The notes below the pieces were generated by a model, which was not told the origin of the DNA, did no database searches, and was given only the letters and a program-made list of their open reading frames with translations. Below, in pieces: positions 61,301-64,000 of a stretch of 64,000 bases of DNA. Numbering within the stretch: position 1 is the stretch's first letter; each line of letters opens with the position of its first letter. A program made the position numbers and the translations under genes. This stretch comes from Podarcis gaigeae (lineage: Eukaryota), in the NCBI GenBank assembly GCA_964106915.2, contig OZ066916.1. One strand, written 5' to 3'.

Positions 61301-63741
61301 CCAAATTTTACAAAATCAATTTCAATATAATTTTTGAATGATTTCTGAAGTGAGACAATATATCATCCTGTTTCACAACCAACTTAATTGTAACATGGCC
61401 AGCCACTTCTTATTTTTTTTCCCATTGTTCCATTCTAAAGTGTTTTTATTAAGATATAATAATATATAATAAGTGTGGTCATTTAAATAATATATTTTTC
61501 TTTGGTTCTGAGTGAGATAGATGATTTATTTCAACTTTTCTCGTTTGGATTTCAGAATATTTTCACATTCGCCAGCATTGTGAAGTAGAAAATTGAAACA
61601 CTATGTGCAGTGGCATATATGTGTGGTATACTATTTGCACAGTGCAACAGCAAAAATAGCAACCCCTCCCTCTCAGCAGATCAACACACCCTCCTCATTC
61701 CACACGTCATCTGTGCTCTTTGAACTAAAGGGCACAGCAGTTGTTACAGAGTTCTGATCTTGTCCACACTTTGGGAAACACTGAGATAAGACTATTTGTA
61801 TATGACCACAGCTAATAAAAGCTGCATTATTTATTTATTTTGGCTAGAAAGTCCCCAAAGGTATGCTATGGCAACCCACAAGTCCAAATGACACAGTGAC
61901 CTATCAATTTATTGTCTCCAGACTTTAGGACCCCTGGCTGTACCCATATCTTGATAAATTGATAAATGCCTCTCACACCTCTTCCTCCCCCTGTGCCCCT
62001 TCCACCCTTCTCCGTTGAATTCCAGGTGATTTTTTAAAACATGAAAAAGTAATTTTTTAAAAAACCATCATGAAAATGGTTATGTTAAACATTTTATAAA
62101 TGCTGTTTATTGCATTGAGTTTTAAATAATTAAAACATAGGGGTGTGACATAGGATAAAATTAGTGAGAATACAGTCGTTATTGCTCCCCTCTCCTTTAA
62201 TTACTTAACATGGAAAGTCAGCTATGTCCTTCCGGTCCTGATTCTGGTTATTGATTCCACCCACACTCACACACTGATTCCGTTGTCATCTAATAACAAC
62301 AGGGTGCATTCACTTGTAGGGAGGAAAATATGCAACGCTGCCACACCACACTCATGGCAGGCTCACAGAAGGCACACATGCACTTATCAAAACACACGCA
62401 CCTCTGTCTCTCTCTTTCTCTCACTCACATACATGCCTCCACATACTTCACACTGACGTTTTCCCTTAACATATTTTTGTATTTGAGCTGTCAGTATTAA
62501 GAGCTATGGATAGCTGGAGGTAGTGGTGGTGGTGGTGAACTCCTTGCAAAACACCGACATGCAAAATGCATGCATCTCTTTTACCCATGATTTCCTAATG
62601 ACTAAATTCATTTACAGCATAGTTCGAGAGCAGGAAACAGGCTACAGTTATTGGGCATTTAAAATAATTCAGCAATAGAAAGCATCCTCGCAAACCCCCG
62701 TAGTCTTAAAAATACGTACTCAAGTACAATCCATTTTAATGTCAAGTTTACTGTTCAGTTAATATATATTGTGTTCAAATTATATTTCTCTTAAACGGTG
62801 ATAGTTCAGCAGTTTTCTTTGTAGCCCCTTCTCCTCTCCCCCCCCCCCCCGCCTTCAACTACCAAGTCATGTCTGCTTCATATGCAGTGGAGTGGAGCAT
62901 TGGTGGCAACTAGTGATTAATTAGTTCAAAAAGTGTGCAGTCCCTAGGGATATCCTGGGAGATGCTTTCCAGGCCTTGTTTAAAAGAAACATATTGCTTG
63001 CATTTACAGGTGTTGGTAGACTGAATTTAGATTGGCTATCAACTATGCTCTGAGTTTGCTACATCTGCTGCACTTATTTCTGTTATCGTGTTACAGGGCA
63101 ATGCATTAATTGTGCTTAATGATCCATTCTTTAAAACCCAAAGTTTATGTTTTCACTAATTGTAATGTGACCATTGCTAGGTTGCTTTCACTTCTCTGTG
63201 AAAAAAGGGAAGCTTAATATTCAAGGTTTTTGTCTTTCATAGTGCTGTGACGTTTTCCATTAATGTGTTGGTTTGATAATATAAAGCTTTCTGGTGCTAC
63301 TAGAAATTACATTTACTTGCATAGCATCTCAACTCATTCACGTTGATGACATTCTGCCTGACATGCTGCACCTTTGCATTTGCAAATGTGGGAAGACTGG
63401 TTATAATTGTTTGACACAACAAATCATTGCTGGACACGTAGACCTTGAGATGAGTCTTGTAAAGGGATGAATGAAAACTCAGCCTGCATTGACTGTGCAG
63501 TCCAACCAATCTAGTTATGATTTTGATATGGGGCTGGTTAATCGTACACCATGTTTTTCAAGTGATTTCTTCTATACATCTGATCTACTCCATGTTCCCA
63601 GGTTAGTAACTCCGGACCACAATGTACATTATATACCATTATTCCAACAATTTCCTTAGAGTTATTGCCTTCATTCCCTCTATTTTCTGTTGGGTTAACT
63701 ATTCCTACTCAATGACATAACTGGAATTGGATTGTTCCGAC

Positions 63742-64000
63742 GGACTTCCGGCGTACCGCGATCTCAGCGCAAGCAAGGTTCTTACCGGGAGGGGAGAACC
63801 TGAGCTATTTTGGAGGGTGGGGGCAACTCCAGGGCGCGGAGACCCCCAAAAATACTTCTGGAGGGTGTTCAGAAGGTCAGGTTCCCGGCACGACCAGAAG
63901 AAAGATCGACCCGGTCGCCAGGTAACCTCTAAGAGGTGAAGAGAGCGGCGGAGAGATCTTGCAGGTCGAGGGACGCCATTACCTACCTCCAATTAGCGAA
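63742..64000 (+). mobile_element. Probable 5' UTR of an L1/Tx1-type LINE (alternatively a CpG-island edge)
   Basis: Sharp transition to CpG-rich sequence starting GGACTTCCGG; runs off the window. Confidence 0.5.

Overview
Vertebrate genomic DNA, almost certainly from a squamate reptile and probably a lacertid lizard (inferred from the repeat families). It is AT-rich, contains two N gaps, and reads as large-intron or intergenic sequence. No host protein-coding gene could be identified with confidence; the best candidate is one possible terminal exon at about 60973-61300. The only long genuine ORF is the reverse-transcriptase portion of a 5'-truncated BovB (RTE) LINE (26394-28199, - strand). 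The window is a mosaic of transposable elements: five BovB copies, four Sauria SINEs, other tRNA-derived SINEs, CR1 and L2 fragments, a degenerate Penelope element with a 5' inversion, a solo LTR, many TA-flanked Tc1/mariner-type MITEs (some nested) and 8-bp-TSD hAT MITEs. Several repeat-free, motif-dense blocks between them look like conserved non-coding elements. I found no clearly new biological system. The best leads are a pre-miRNA-like hairpin (18905-18979), a MITE resembling teleost Tc1 termini nested in a Sauria SINE (possible horizontal transfer), a MITE flanked by an anomalous 11-bp duplication, an unexplained 239-bp insert inside the Penelope element, and a CpG-rich, L1-like 5' end at the right edge. 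Family names come from recalled consensus sequences, not from database searches.
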